From positions 8,430 to 72,429 of the forward strand of contig CAMNFQ010000001.1 of the NCBI GenBank assembly GCA_946537295.1: a DNA stretch of 64,000 nt, read 5' to 3'. Positions 36,478-46,110 of the stretch are shown in pieces. The translations under genes were made by a program, and so were the position numbers. The notes beneath the pieces are model-generated. The model searched no databases and had not been told where the DNA came from. It worked only from the letters and a program-made list of their open reading frames with translations. The first letter of the stretch is position 1; each line of letters starts with the position of its first letter. This stretch comes from an uncultured Bacillota bacterium (lineage in GTDB: Bacteria; Bacillota_I; Bacilli_A; Erysipelotrichales; Erysipelotrichaceae).

Positions 36478-37197
36478 ATGGGAAGAGCGCATGAAGTAAG
36501 AGCGGCAGCAATGGCTAAAACAGCTGCCATGAAATCAAAGGTTTATTCAAGATACGGCAAGGAAATCTATATTGCCGCTAAATCTGGCGTTCCTGATCCG
36601 GATATGAACCTTACTTTAAGATCTAAAATAAAAGAAGCCAAGGCCAATCAGGTTCCGGCTGATGTCATCAAGAGAGCTATTGAAAAGGCCAAAGGCGGTT
36701 CAAATGAATCATATGATTCATTAAGATATGAAGGATTTGGACCTGGTAACGCAACGATCATCATCGATTGTCTTACTGATAATTCCAACAGAACTGTTGC
36801 AGCAATGAATTCCTGCTTCAACAAGTCTCATTGCAAGATGGGTGTCAAGGGTTCTGTTTCTTTCAACTATGACAATCTGGGAGTACTTTCCTTCAAATAT
36901 GAAGATGAAGATACTATGCTTGATACTCTGATCAATGCTGATGTTGATGTAAATGATATTGAAGTTGAAGATGGTGAAATGACAGTCTATGTTGCACCTG
37001 CTGATCTGCATAAGGCTCAGGAAGCTATCGATGCTTTGATTCCTGATTGCGAATATTCAGTCTGTGCGATCAAGATGCTGCCACAGGAATATGTCACACT
37101 TACCGATGAACACGATAAGGAAATGTGGCAGAGATTACTGGACAATCTTGATGAAGTAGATGATGTTCAGGAAGTATATCATAACGTTGAAATGTAA
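36478..37197 (+). CDS. YebC/PmpR family DNA-binding transcriptional regulator
   Basis: The MGRAHEVRAAAMAKT..K.YSRYGKEI N-terminus is diagnostic. Start at ATG 36478 behind GAGGT. Confidence 0.9.
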   Translation: MGRAHEVRAAAMAKTAAMKSKVYSRYGKEIYIAAKSGVPDPDMNLTLRSKIKEAKANQVPADVIKRAIEKAKGGSNESYDSLRYEGFGPGNATIIIDCLTDNSNRTVAAMNSCFNKSHCKMGVKGSVSFNYDNLGVLSFKYEDEDTMLDTLINADVDVNDIEVEDGEMTVYVAPADLHKAQEAIDALIPDCEYSVCAIKMLPQEYVTLTDEHDKEMWQRLLDNLDEVDDVQEVYHNVEM

Positions 37198-37202
37198 TAA
37201 AT

Positions 37203-37233
37203 AATCGGTTCATGATGAACCGATTTCTTTTTT
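37203..37233. terminator. bidirectional terminator
   Basis: AATCGGTTCAT-G-ATGAACCGATT stem followed by a T run. Confidence 0.8.
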
Positions 37234-37241
37234 AGTGAGCT

Positions 37242-38330
37242 TTAAAGGATTACCGGTCCCTGAAGCTCTCTTTTTATATATGCATTAGAATCCTTGCACA
37301 GGCTGGCATAAAGAAGAGAAGTTTTCCATTCGATGTTTTTGAATGGTTCAGGAATGTTCTTGAATTGTGTCACGATCTTTACATCATCTTTGATTGCTTT
37401 AAGATATTCCTGTCCTTTATGATTGAATCCCAATACCCGGATATAATCAGTTTCCGGTAATGAAACAACATCTTCCTTTTTTATCTGATTAGCTATATGC
37501 ATCAGTATCCTCTGGATTCTGGATCTGGTATATCTTCTGGATATACAATGAGTGATAAATTCTTCATAGTTATCATATTTCAGTGCATTTTCCTTAAGCA
37601 GGTTTTCAATTCCTTCTGAAACCAGAAAGATATCCGCCAGATCTTTTCTGTCCATGGTAAACAGTAATCTTCTGATATAAGGATACAGGTCCTTGTTGAA
37701 GATAGGGTCTGTAATATTCATTGGTGTTGAATTAGAGACATCAATATTATCTTTAAGAGCTTTTCTGATGGCGGTAGCTGAGGCAATAACTTCCAGATTC
37801 TCGGAATGGTAGTCGTTTGTTCTTTGAATGGAATGAGGAACTATATCAGTGTCTTTAAGTGCCTTAAGATAACAGATCGCCAGGGTATCGTTGGGATAGA
37901 GCGATCCACTTAAAAGTCCATAAGATGAAGGGTAGGATGAACCATCGTGCATCAGTTGTTTTAGTCTGGTGACATCCACCTGAAGTGAGGCGTATTTCTT
38001 CAGTTCCTCGAGATTATTTGTTTCAGAGCCAAAAACCAGATCGTTGATCTTAAGCATATTCAGGAGCCTTATGGCGTTATAGCCAAAGACATAGGCATTC
38101 TGAAGAGTATAGATATATGGAAGTTCAACAACAAGATCAACACCGTTTTTTAGAGCTGTTTCCGTTTTACTGAATTTATTGATAATCGAAATATCGCCAC
38201 GCTGATTGTAGTTTCCCGACATGCAGGCAATCAGTACATCAGGTTCAGTAATCTTTCTTGTCTGATCGATATGATATTTATGTCCGTTATGGAAAGGATT
38301 ATATTCAACGACGATTCCTGTAGTTTTCAT
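37242..38330 (-). CDS. tmcAL: tRNA(Met) cytidine acetate ligase (YlbM/UPF0348 nucleotidyltransferase)
   Basis: GIVVEYNPFHNGHKYH (HxGH motif). 362 aa. Conserved neighbour of yceD-rpmF. Confidence 0.85.
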   Translation of the reverse strand: MKTTGIVVEYNPFHNGHKYHIDQTRKITEPDVLIACMSGNYNQRGDISIINKFSKTETALKNGVDLVVELPYIYTLQNAYVFGYNAIRLLNMLKINDLVFGSETNNLEELKKYASLQVDVTRLKQLMHDGSSYPSSYGLLSGSLYPNDTLAICYLKALKDTDIVPHSIQRTNDYHSENLEVIASATAIRKALKDNIDVSNSTPMNITDPIFNKDLYPYIRRLLFTMDRKDLADIFLVSEGIENLLKENALKYDNYEEFITHCISRRYTRSRIQRILMHIANQIKKEDVVSLPETDYIRVLGFNHKGQEYLKAIKDDVKIVTQFKNIPEPFKNIEWKTSLLYASLCKDSNAYIKRELQGPVIL

Positions 38331-38336
38331 AAGATT

Positions 38337-38346
38337 ATTATATAAT
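38337..38346. promoter_or_regulatory. overlapping divergent -10 boxes in the palindrome ATTATATAAT
   Basis: Plus-strand TATAAT at 38341-38346 lies 6 nt before GTG 38353. Minus-strand TATAAT at 38342-38337 lies 6 nt before ATG 38330. Confidence 0.5.
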
Positions 38347-38352
38347 AGGCTT

Positions 38353-38847
38353 GTGAAGATATATCTTAAGGATCTGGCAAATATTGCGGATGAAAAAATC
38401 TATCCAGTAGCAATTCAAAGATACGAGGTTGAAAACAATCTTTTTCTGCGCCGTCTAGAAAATGTGACAGGTGATATCACTTTCTATTATGGTTCCTCAG
38501 ACGAACTCAGGATAAACTATCAGCTATCAGGTACTTTCATCTGTCCTGATGCAATTACTCTTGAAGATGTGGAAGTTTCTTTTGATCTTTCGGAAGATGA
38601 ACCGGTCGTATCAGAGCCAAATGAAGATGGATTCTTTCTGAATGAGACGAAAAGCATTGAAGATATGGTTTTATATATTGTCGTTCCGGAAGTGCCGATA
38701 AAAGTTGTCAAAAACAAAAAAATAGAGTATTCTAGAGGGGATGGTTGGTCTTTTGTATCTGAGGAAGACTATGAAGCATCCCGAAAAGATGAGATAGATC
38801 CACGTTTACAGAAGCTTAAAGAATACAGGTTTGAGGAGGATGATTAA
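38353..38847 (+). CDS. yceD: YceD family (DUF177) protein
   Basis: 164 aa, acidic, DUF177-like. Immediately precedes rpmF, which is the conserved arrangement. GTG start. Confidence 0.8.
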   Translation: MKIYLKDLANIADEKIYPVAIQRYEVENNLFLRRLENVTGDITFYYGSSDELRINYQLSGTFICPDAITLEDVEVSFDLSEDEPVVSEPNEDGFFLNETKSIEDMVLYIVVPEVPIKVVKNKKIEYSRGDGWSFVSEEDYEASRKDEIDPRLQKLKEYRFEEDD

Positions 38848-38849
38848 CA

Positions 38850-38999
38850 ATGGCTGTTCAGCAGAGAAGAAATTCAAAGACACGTAAAGCTAAAAGAAGA
38901 ACTCATTATAAATTAATGGCACCTGCAATGGTTAAATGCCCATCTTGCGGTGAATACAAACTGGCTCATCGTGCTTGCCCTAACTGTGGCGCAAAATAA
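38850..38999 (+). CDS. rpmF: 50S ribosomal protein L32
   Basis: Below the ORF-track length cut-off. [22 protein letters not shown]...[18 protein letters not shown], 49 aa. GAGGAGGA SD. Confidence 0.92.
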   Translation: MAVQQRRNSKTRKAKRRTHYKLMAPAMVKCPSCGEYKLAHRACPNCGAK

Positions 39000-39018
39000 G
39001 CTTATCGCATAAGAAACT

Positions 39019-39047
39019 GACGTTGCTGGAAGTAACGTCTTTTTTTA
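39019..39047 (+). terminator. intrinsic terminator after rpmF
   Basis: GACGTT-GCTGGAAGT-AACGTC followed by TTTTTTT. Confidence 0.75.
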
Positions 39048-39060
39048 TCTCAAAAATACA

Positions 39061-39088
39061 AAAAAGTGCAAAAATATTTGCACTTTTT
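39061..39088. repeat. perfect 12-bp inverted repeat (AT-rich hairpin or operator)
   Basis: AAAAAGTGCAAA-AATA-TTTGCACTTTTT, directly upstream of the mraZ promoter -35. Confidence 0.6.
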
Positions 39089-39089
39089 C

Positions 39090-39118
39090 TTTACATTTGT
39101 GGTTCAAAATGGAATAAT
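39090..39118 (+). promoter_or_regulatory. mraZ (dcw) promoter
   Basis: TTTACA (39090-39095), 17-nt spacer, TGg-AATAAT extended -10 (39110-39118). Confidence 0.55.
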
Positions 39119-39158
39119 AGTGGTAGAAAGTGGTATATTGTGGGTAAAAGTGGGAAAT
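39119..39158 (+). promoter_or_regulatory. four phased GTGG boxes, candidate MraZ operator
   Basis: AGTGGTAGAA / AGTGGTATAT / TGTGGGTAAA / AGTGGGAAAT. GTGG starts at 39120, 39130, 39140 and 39150, with a fifth GTGG at 39099. Confidence 0.6.
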
Positions 39159-39594
39159 GTTCATTGGTGAGTATCAACATAATCTCGACGCAAAAGGGAG
39201 AATTATCGTACCCAGCAAGTTCCGTGAGGAGCTTCATACAACTTTTATCCTGACAAGAGGTCTTGATGGCTGTCTTACTATCTATTCGCTCGAGCAGTGG
39301 GATAAACTCTTCGAAGAATTGAATAAGCTGCCAACGACCAAAAAGAACGCCAGAGCATATATCAGAATGCTCACAAGTGGAGCGGTGGAATGTACTCTGG
39401 ATAATCAGGGAAGAATCCAGATTCCTGTATTCCTGTCCAAACCAGTCAATATCGTCAAGGAATGTGTCGTTATCGGCGCAAATGACCATATTGAAATCTG
39501 GGATAAAGCTACCTGGGATAATTACTATCTTGAAGCTTCAGATAACTTTGAAGACGTAGCTGAAAATCTGAGTGATCTCTTGAACAATGACTGA
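39157..39594 (+). CDS. mraZ: transcriptional regulator MraZ
   Basis: MFIGEYQHNLDAKGRIIVPSKFR plus a second DxxGR repeat (LDNQGRIQIP). Confidence 0.95.
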   Translation: MFIGEYQHNLDAKGRIIVPSKFREELHTTFILTRGLDGCLTIYSLEQWDKLFEELNKLPTTKKNARAYIRMLTSGAVECTLDNQGRIQIPVFLSKPVNIVKECVVIGANDHIEIWDKATWDNYYLEASDNFEDVAENLSDLLNND

Positions 39595-40495
39595 CCATAT
39601 TTCTGTAATGCCAGAAAAGGCGATTGAACTGCTTGATGTCAAAGAGGATGGAATCTATATCGATGGAACTCTGGGCAGAGGCGGTCATTCCAAACTGATT
39701 CTGGAAAAACTGAAAAACGGAAAACTGTATTGTTTCGATCTGGATGAAGAAGCGATCAGTGAATCAAAAGAAAAGTTAAAAGAATTTAAGAACGTTGTTT
39801 ATATTCACGATAATTTCAAAAATATGAACAAATATGTAGATCAGGCTGACGGAATACTTCTTGATCTGGGGGTTTCATCACCGCAGTTTGATCAGGCAGA
39901 AAGAGGTTTTTCTTACCGCTATGACGGACCACTCGATATGCGTATGAATAAGGATGACACATTGAGTGCCTACGATGTAGTTAATTCATATTCGGAAGAA
40001 AGACTTTCACAAGTCTTATGGGAATATGGCGAAGAAAAATTTGCCCGTAAGATCGCTCATAAGATCGTTGAAAACAGGCCAATAACTACAACATTACAAC
40101 TGGTGGATGTCATAAAAAGTGCACTTCCATCAAAGGTCCTTTCCAAAAAAGGACATCCGGCAAAACAGAGCTTTCAGGCGTTAAGAATCGAAGTTAATCA
40201 CGAACTTGATTCCTTAAAAAGTTTTCTAAGCAGTTTCGATCAGATCCTTAAACCAGGAGGAAGAGTAGTAATTATTACTTTCCACTCTCTGGAAGATAAA
40301 CTGGTCAAATACTGCTTTAAGAAACTCAGCAGTGTCGATGATGACAAACGCATCGCCCTCAGACCTGAGGAAATAAAAAAAGCCAATTACCGTCTTCTGA
40401 ACCACGGTGATAAGGCGAATCCTGAAGAGGTTCAGAACAATTCAAGAGCTAAGAGTGCAATTATAAGGGGAATAGAGAAGATATGGGCAGAGTAG
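39587..40495 (+). CDS. rsmH: 16S rRNA (cytosine1402-N4)-methyltransferase
   Basis: H.SVM..E....L......Y.D.T.G.GGHS N-terminus, DLGVSSPQ motif and FHSLEDK motif. Confidence 0.95.
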   Translation: MTDHISVMPEKAIELLDVKEDGIYIDGTLGRGGHSKLILEKLKNGKLYCFDLDEEAISESKEKLKEFKNVVYIHDNFKNMNKYVDQADGILLDLGVSSPQFDQAERGFSYRYDGPLDMRMNKDDTLSAYDVVNSYSEERLSQVLWEYGEEKFARKIAHKIVENRPITTTLQLVDVIKSALPSKVLSKKGHPAKQSFQALRIEVNHELDSLKSFLSSFDQILKPGGRVVIITFHSLEDKLVKYCFKKLSSVDDDKRIALRPEEIKKANYRLLNHGDKANPEEVQNNSRAKSAIIRGIEKIWAE

Positions 40496-40782
40496 TTAAA
40501 AGAAAAAGAAGAAGAATCAGATTAAGCGGTTTAGCAGTAGTTCTTTTCAGTTTCTCGCTGATCGCCTGGCTTTTCAGCAGTCTGCTTGTCAATACAATGA
40601 ATACCAGACTGACAATGAAGATCCAGTCCATGAATGAGGAACTGGCTTTACTCAAGTCGCAGAATCAGTCTCTTACTTATGAAATTGCCAGCCTTGAAAA
40701 TAAGGACAGGGTCTTTGCTGCAGCTGCCGCTGCTGATCTTGATCAGGTAAGCGACAATATCATATCTGTAACAGGAGAATAA
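40483..40782 (+). CDS. ftsL: FtsL-like cell division protein
   Basis: 99 aa with a basic N-terminus, one TM helix and a coiled coil. Lies between rsmH and the PBP gene. Confidence 0.7.
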   Translation: MGRVVKRKRRRIRLSGLAVVLFSFSLIAWLFSSLLVNTMNTRLTMKIQSMNEELALLKSQNQSLTYEIASLENKDRVFAAAAAADLDQVSDNIISVTGE

Positions 40783-40785
40783 TAA

Positions 40786-43008
40786 ATGAAACGAAGTAAT
40801 AATGGACTTCGTTTTCTATATACAATCATGTTGGTGGTGTCTCTAATAGTCATTATCAACGTTTTTTTAGTTACATTGGGTAAAGTACATATCAGATCAA
40901 ATACTTCGTTGAATGACTATGTTCAATCTGTTTCCAACGTTGAAGAAAAGATCTTTGCTTCCAGAGGAAATATCTATGATAACGAAGGTACGATCGTTGC
41001 CCAAGATGTACAGACCTACGATATTATCTGTTTTCTGGACGAAGAGCGTCTTTCAAGTTCTGATGAAGTAGCCTATGTTGATGATCCTTCTTTTACTTCT
41101 CAAGCTCTTGCACCAATTCTGGAAATGGATCCTTCTGAGATCTATAACATCCTGATCTCAAATAAGGGACTCTATCAGATCGAACTGGGAGCAAAGGGCA
41201 GAAACCTTTCCAAGGAACAGAAGGAAGCGATCGAAGCTATCCCTGGTTTACATGGTGTAGAATTCAGAAATTCCTATGAAAGATATTATCCTTTTGGTGA
41301 TACTTTCTGTCCTCAGCTGGTAGGATTTGCTCAATCAGATAATACTGGCAAACTAATTGGAAAACTAGGTGTTGAAGCCTATCTGAATGATGAACTTTCA
41401 GGTACTGATGGTTATCATTCTTATCAGCGTGATAAACACGGATATATACTCCCTGGTATGTATGATGAGACAGTGAATGCGATTAATGGATACGACTTAT
41501 ATCTGACACTTGATGTATCCATTCAGGAAGCCCTCAATACTGCTCTTACAACAACCATGGAAGCAAAAAACGCCTCGCGTGCATGGGGAGCTGTAGTTGA
41601 AGTAAAAACAGGCAAGATCCTTGCCTGGGGTCAAACTCCTTCCTTCAATCCAAATGAACCCCGATCTGACGATGTTCAGGTTAACTATGGCTCCCAATTA
41701 GCTTATGAACCAGGATCAGTTATGAAAGCGATCATCTACTCAGCCGCCATGGATCTTGGTGTATATAATGGTGATACTTATTTTAATTCTGCACCATACT
41801 GTTATACTGCTTCAACCAGCAGGACCTATTCAGGAAATCAGCTTGGCTGTATCTATAATGTATCAAAACTTGACTGGGGTGAGATTCCTTTGGATTATGG
41901 TCTTATCTATTCTAGTAACGTAGCTACCGCAACTTTGCTTTCTGAATATGTCGGTATTGATAACTATGAACAGTACCTCAAAAAATATCATCTGTACCAG
42001 ACAGTCAATTCTGATGGAATAGATGAAGTATCAGGTTATACCAACTATGGCCTTTCGCCAGTTGATGATATCACGGCTACTTATGGACAAGGTTCTTCTA
42101 CGACCATGCTTCAGCTCTTACAGGCCTATTCGGCTATCTTTGGCAATGGCGAGATGGTCAGACCTTATTTCATTGATAAGATCGTCGATCCTAATACAGA
42201 TACGCTTGTCTATCAGGGCGGCAGAAAGGTTGTCTCTAATCCGATCAGTCAGGACACTGCCAAACAGATGCAGGATCTTTTACGTCGTGTCGTTTCAGAA
42301 CCTGATGGAACCTGTCGACACTATGCAGCCAAGACTGTGGAAGTAATGGGCAAGACCGGAACTTCTGAAATTCCTTTGGATGGCGGCTATGCCGAAGACC
42401 AGAACATCATTTCCTGCATGCTTGGTTTCCCTTATGGAGATCCGGAGTATATGGTATATTTTGCCTATGTCTCACCTGAAACCGTCTACTATAACTATGA
42501 CATCAAACCGATCCCTGATCTGGTCGATCGAATCGCTTTATTAGAGAATCTGGTTATTTCTGAAGATGAAGACAACAACATCAAATATATTGAAAAACAT
42601 GAGATGCCAAATCTTTATTCTGCAAGTATCAGTAATGGTTTAGCTAAACTGGAAGAACTTGATATGAATGTCTATACGATAGGTGATGGACTACATATCA
42701 TTGGACAATATCCTGAAGAAGGAAAAGATATCTATACCGGACAAAGAGTCTTCTTGCTTTCAGATGGCAAGAGAATAAGTGTGCCTGATTTTACAGGCTG
42801 GACCAGAAAAGAAGTTATTAACTATTGGAACCTTTCAAGGATTCCAATTGTCTTAGATGGTTATGGTGTAGCTTATGAACAGTCAATTCCTCAGGGAACA
42901 ACAGTCGACAGTAATACAGAAATAAGGATTTCTTTCAAAGATATAAACTATCAGGAAAAACCGGCTGAAGAAGCCACAGAAAATAAGGTTGATGCGCAAA
43001 ACGAATAA
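40786..43008 (+). CDS. class B penicillin-binding protein (FtsI/PBP2B-like) with C-terminal PASTA region
   Basis: SxxK (SVMK), SxN (SSN) and KTG (GKTGTS) motifs. 740 aa. Confidence 0.9.
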   Translation: MKRSNNGLRFLYTIMLVVSLIVIINVFLVTLGKVHIRSNTSLNDYVQSVSNVEEKIFASRGNIYDNEGTIVAQDVQTYDIICFLDEERLSSSDEVAYVDDPSFTSQALAPILEMDPSEIYNILISNKGLYQIELGAKGRNLSKEQKEAIEAIPGLHGVEFRNSYERYYPFGDTFCPQLVGFAQSDNTGKLIGKLGVEAYLNDELSGTDGYHSYQRDKHGYILPGMYDETVNAINGYDLYLTLDVSIQEALNTALTTTMEAKNASRAWGAVVEVKTGKILAWGQTPSFNPNEPRSDDVQVNYGSQLAYEPGSVMKAIIYSAAMDLGVYNGDTYFNSAPYCYTASTSRTYSGNQLGCIYNVSKLDWGEIPLDYGLIYSSNVATATLLSEYVGIDNYEQYLKKYHLYQTVNSDGIDEVSGYTNYGLSPVDDITATYGQGSSTTMLQLLQAYSAIFGNGEMVRPYFIDKIVDPNTDTLVYQGGRKVVSNPISQDTAKQMQDLLRRVVSEPDGTCRHYAAKTVEVMGKTGTSEIPLDGGYAEDQNIISCMLGFPYGDPEYMVYFAYVSPETVYYNYDIKPIPDLVDRIALLENLVISEDEDNNIKYIEKHEMPNLYSASISNGLAKLEELDMNVYTIGDGLHIIGQYPEEGKDIYTGQRVFLLSDGKRISVPDFTGWTRKEVINYWNLSRIPIVLDGYGVAYEQSIPQGTTVDSNTEIRISFKDINYQEKPAEEATENKVDAQNE

Positions 43009-43027
43009 TGGTGTATAATAGTCGCGT

Positions 43028-44005
43028 ATGAAATTTGAACTTATCTGTCTTATTGGCTTTATTTTGACATTGGCAGCCACTCTGGTTGCAATGCCTTTTT
43101 TTATCGCTTATCTTAAAAAGAAAAACATCAATCAGGTTACATCAGAATATGCTTTGGAAGAATTCAAGCAGAAAGAAAAGACTCCTATCATGGGAGGTTT
43201 ACTGTTTGTTGTAATACCAATTATTGTGTTTAGTCTGATCAATATGTTTGGTCTGGCTGACCGTAAACTGCTTTTTGTCTTTCTTTCCTATATTATGTAT
43301 TGTTCAGTTGGTTTCATTGATGATTCACTTGTGATCAGATCACATTCAAACGAAGGCCTTTCACCAATCACCAGACTGATCATGGAATGTGTCTATACCT
43401 TGGTACTTTATTTTGCCTTCCGTGATATTATTCCAGCACAGGTAACGATTCCTTTTGTGAATGTGACAATATCTTTAAGGTGGTATGTTTTTGTGCCATT
43501 CATGATCCTTTTATATATGGCAGAAGCCAATGCGGTCAATTTCACTGATGGTATGGACGGACTATGTGCTGGCGTATCTTTTATCGCTTTGCTGCCATTT
43601 GTCTATCTTTCCTATATCAAAGCAGAAAATAATATCGCCATGTTTCTGATCTGTGTTCTGGGTGGTCTGGCAGGTTATCTGCATTTTAATTTCCATCCGG
43701 CCAAGATCTTTATGGGTGACAGTGGTTCTTTGGCACTGGGTGCTTTATTTGCTTCCTTAGGTATCATCCTGGATCTTAATATTGCATTATTTTTCATCGG
43801 TGGTGTATTTGTTGCTGAAATGTTCTGCGTTCTTGTACAACAGATCTCAGTCAGACTGTTCCATAAAAGAGTATTCTCTTATACTCCAATCCACTACGCC
43901 TTTGTGATCAAGGGACATTCTGAAACCAGAATCGTTCTGACGTTCTATCTGATCGAAATCGTTCTGGCTTTGATCGGTCTATACGTTGGTCTTAATACAC
44001 TATGA
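43028..44005 (+). CDS. mraY: phospho-N-acetylmuramoyl-pentapeptide-transferase
   Basis: Motifs NAVNFTDGMDGL and FMGDSGSLALG. 10 TM helices. Confidence 0.95.
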   Translation: MKFELICLIGFILTLAATLVAMPFFIAYLKKKNINQVTSEYALEEFKQKEKTPIMGGLLFVVIPIIVFSLINMFGLADRKLLFVFLSYIMYCSVGFIDDSLVIRSHSNEGLSPITRLIMECVYTLVLYFAFRDIIPAQVTIPFVNVTISLRWYVFVPFMILLYMAEANAVNFTDGMDGLCAGVSFIALLPFVYLSYIKAENNIAMFLICVLGGLAGYLHFNFHPAKIFMGDSGSLALGALFASLGIILDLNIALFFIGGVFVAEMFCVLVQQISVRLFHKRVFSYTPIHYAFVIKGHSETRIVLTFYLIEIVLALIGLYVGLNTL

Positions 44006-45513
44006 AATACATCTTCAATGATGAAGATCTTTCGCTGGTCGATAGGCTTTGTTCTATCAATAATGTGAACAGTGAAGATCTTGATGTTTCAGCTTTTGAA
44101 CCGGATTATGATCTAGAGATCCTGAAAAAGGTTTACGAAGAACTTTTATCTGATAAGGATAAAAGGTTTTTTATTGTTGGGGATTATGATTGTGATGGTA
44201 TCTGTTCAACTGTCATTATGACAAGACTCTTAAATCATCTTTCAATTTCTTCAAACTACTTTATTCCTTCTAGAACCAAACAGGGATATGGCTTAAATAA
44301 GGAAATAATTGATACCGCCAGTAAACATGGTTTTGATGTGCTGATGTGCGTTGATAATGGTGCAGCTTTTAACGAAGAACTGAAATATGCCAGATCCTTA
44401 GGTTTAAAGACCTACGTCATTGATCATCATGAGTATCTTGAAGTTCCGGAAACAGACTGCTTTGTGCATCCGAATCTGTTTTCTTCAAAATATAATGACA
44501 TGTGTGCTTCTGGCCTTTCCTGTCTGATAGCCAGTTCGATCTATGAAGATGATCTTAATACCGTCTATGGTGGTCTTGCAACTTTGGCAGATATGGTATC
44601 AGTTTTTGGCTATAATCGATATCTGCTTAAAAAAATGCTGGAAATACTGAAAAAGGAAGATATCATTCCGCTAAGATATCTGCTTGGCAAGAATGAATAC
44701 AGCTATGATGCGCTTTCATATAATGTGATCCCCAAGATCAATGCCGTATCAAGGCTTGATGATATGATGAATGTCAATTATGTTGTGAAATATCTGCTTG
44801 ATAATTCTTCTGAATGCATGAAATATCTAAACAAGATCGAGGAGATCAATACTTCACGTAAGACCATGACAAAACAGATGTCAGCTCTGGCTGAAAGGAT
44901 CATTGATCCTTCAAAGGATATGATCATTGTCAGATCATCAGCTTTTAAAGAAGGCCTTTGTGGTCTTATTGCCAATAAGCTCATGTATGAGTTTGGAAAA
45001 CCTGTTCTGGTGTTGTCGGAAAACAATAATGAATTGAAAGGTTCAGGCAGATCACCAAAAGGTTCTGATCTTTATACGTACCTGAAGAATGCTGAAGGGA
45101 TCTTCAAGACTTTTGGTGGACATGCCCAGGCAGTTGGTCTGTCACTTGATGCTTCTGCATACGAGGATCTTCTGAAATATGTCGATGATCATAGTTTCCT
45201 CTATGATGAACAATATAAGACTGCTCTAGTATATGAAGTGACAAGTCTTGATGAAAATCTGTTAAAACAGATCGAAGAACTAAAACCTTATGGGACAGAT
45301 TTTAGTGAACCACTTCTCTGTATTGATGGTCAATATCAGAAAAAATATACTGTCGCCGGTATGTATCCCAAATATGTCATAAATGATAATCTTGAAGCTA
45401 TCAGTTTCAATCACAACCATCTTGGCAGATCTTTTTCCAAAATGCTTGGTCATCTTAAGAGAGATGATTATCATAAGGGCAAATTATCCTTTGTAATTGA
45501 AGATTTAATCTAG
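44002..45513 (+). CDS. recJ: single-stranded-DNA-specific exonuclease RecJ (short form)
   Basis: DHH motifs GDYDCDG, VDNG and IDHH, plus a DHHA1-like GGH. ATGA overlap with mraY. Confidence 0.85.
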   Translation: MKYIFNDEDLSLVDRLCSINNVNSEDLDVSAFEPDYDLEILKKVYEELLSDKDKRFFIVGDYDCDGICSTVIMTRLLNHLSISSNYFIPSRTKQGYGLNKEIIDTASKHGFDVLMCVDNGAAFNEELKYARSLGLKTYVIDHHEYLEVPETDCFVHPNLFSSKYNDMCASGLSCLIASSIYEDDLNTVYGGLATLADMVSVFGYNRYLLKKMLEILKKEDIIPLRYLLGKNEYSYDALSYNVIPKINAVSRLDDMMNVNYVVKYLLDNSSECMKYLNKIEEINTSRKTMTKQMSALAERIIDPSKDMIIVRSSAFKEGLCGLIANKLMYEFGKPVLVLSENNNELKGSGRSPKGSDLYTYLKNAEGIFKTFGGHAQAVGLSLDASAYEDLLKYVDDHSFLYDEQYKTALVYEVTSLDENLLKQIEELKPYGTDFSEPLLCIDGQYQKKYTVAGMYPKYVINDNLEAISFNHNHLGRSFSKMLGHLKRDDYHKGKLSFVIEDLI

Positions 45514-45554
45514 TTTTAATATAATTGATTTGTGTTAATTAAAGGGGGCATAAA

Positions 45555-46067
45555 ATGAATTTAAGAGATTATGTTGCTTCTATTCCGGATTTTCCTCAAA
45601 AGGGTATCCTGTTTAGAGATATCACGCCATTAATGGCTGATGGAGCTGCTTTCAAGGAAGCTTGTGATCAGTTGATCGCTTATGCCAAGAAGATAGGCGC
45701 GCAAGTCGTTGCTGGTCCTGAATCAAGAGGATTTATCTTTGGTTGTCCGGTTGCATATGATCTTAAAATCGGTTTTGTTCCTGTTAGAAAACCAAATAAA
45801 CTGCCACGTAAGACAGTTTCCTACAAATATGATCTGGAATATGGTTCAAATGAATTACATATCCACGCTGATGCGATCAAGCCTGGACAGAAGGTTCTGA
45901 TCATTGATGATCTTCTGGCAACAGGTGGAACTGTTGAAGCTACCATCAAATTGGTTGAACAGTTAGGTGGCGAAGTTGTCGGCTGCGCCTTCCTGATTGA
46001 ACTTGATGGTCTGGGTGGCAGAGAAAAACTGAGCGGCTACGATGTCTTTACGCTCATGAAGTACTAG
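45555..46067 (+). CDS. apt: adenine phosphoribosyltransferase
   Basis: I.DFP..GI.F.DIT and PRPP motif [13 protein letters not shown]. Confidence 0.95.
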   Translation: MNLRDYVASIPDFPQKGILFRDITPLMADGAAFKEACDQLIAYAKKIGAQVVAGPESRGFIFGCPVAYDLKIGFVPVRKPNKLPRKTVSYKYDLEYGSNELHIHADAIKPGQKVLIIDDLLATGGTVEATIKLVEQLGGEVVGCAFLIELDGLGGREKLSGYDVFTLMKY

Positions 46068-46073
46068 TTAAGA

Positions 46074-46097
46074 AAATCGAAGTAAAACTTCGGTTTT
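46074..46097 (+). terminator. weak terminator-like hairpin after apt
   Basis: ATCGAAGT-AAA-ACTTCGGT followed by TTTT. Confidence 0.5.
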
Positions 46098-46110
46098 TAG
46101 ATTAAGGAAG

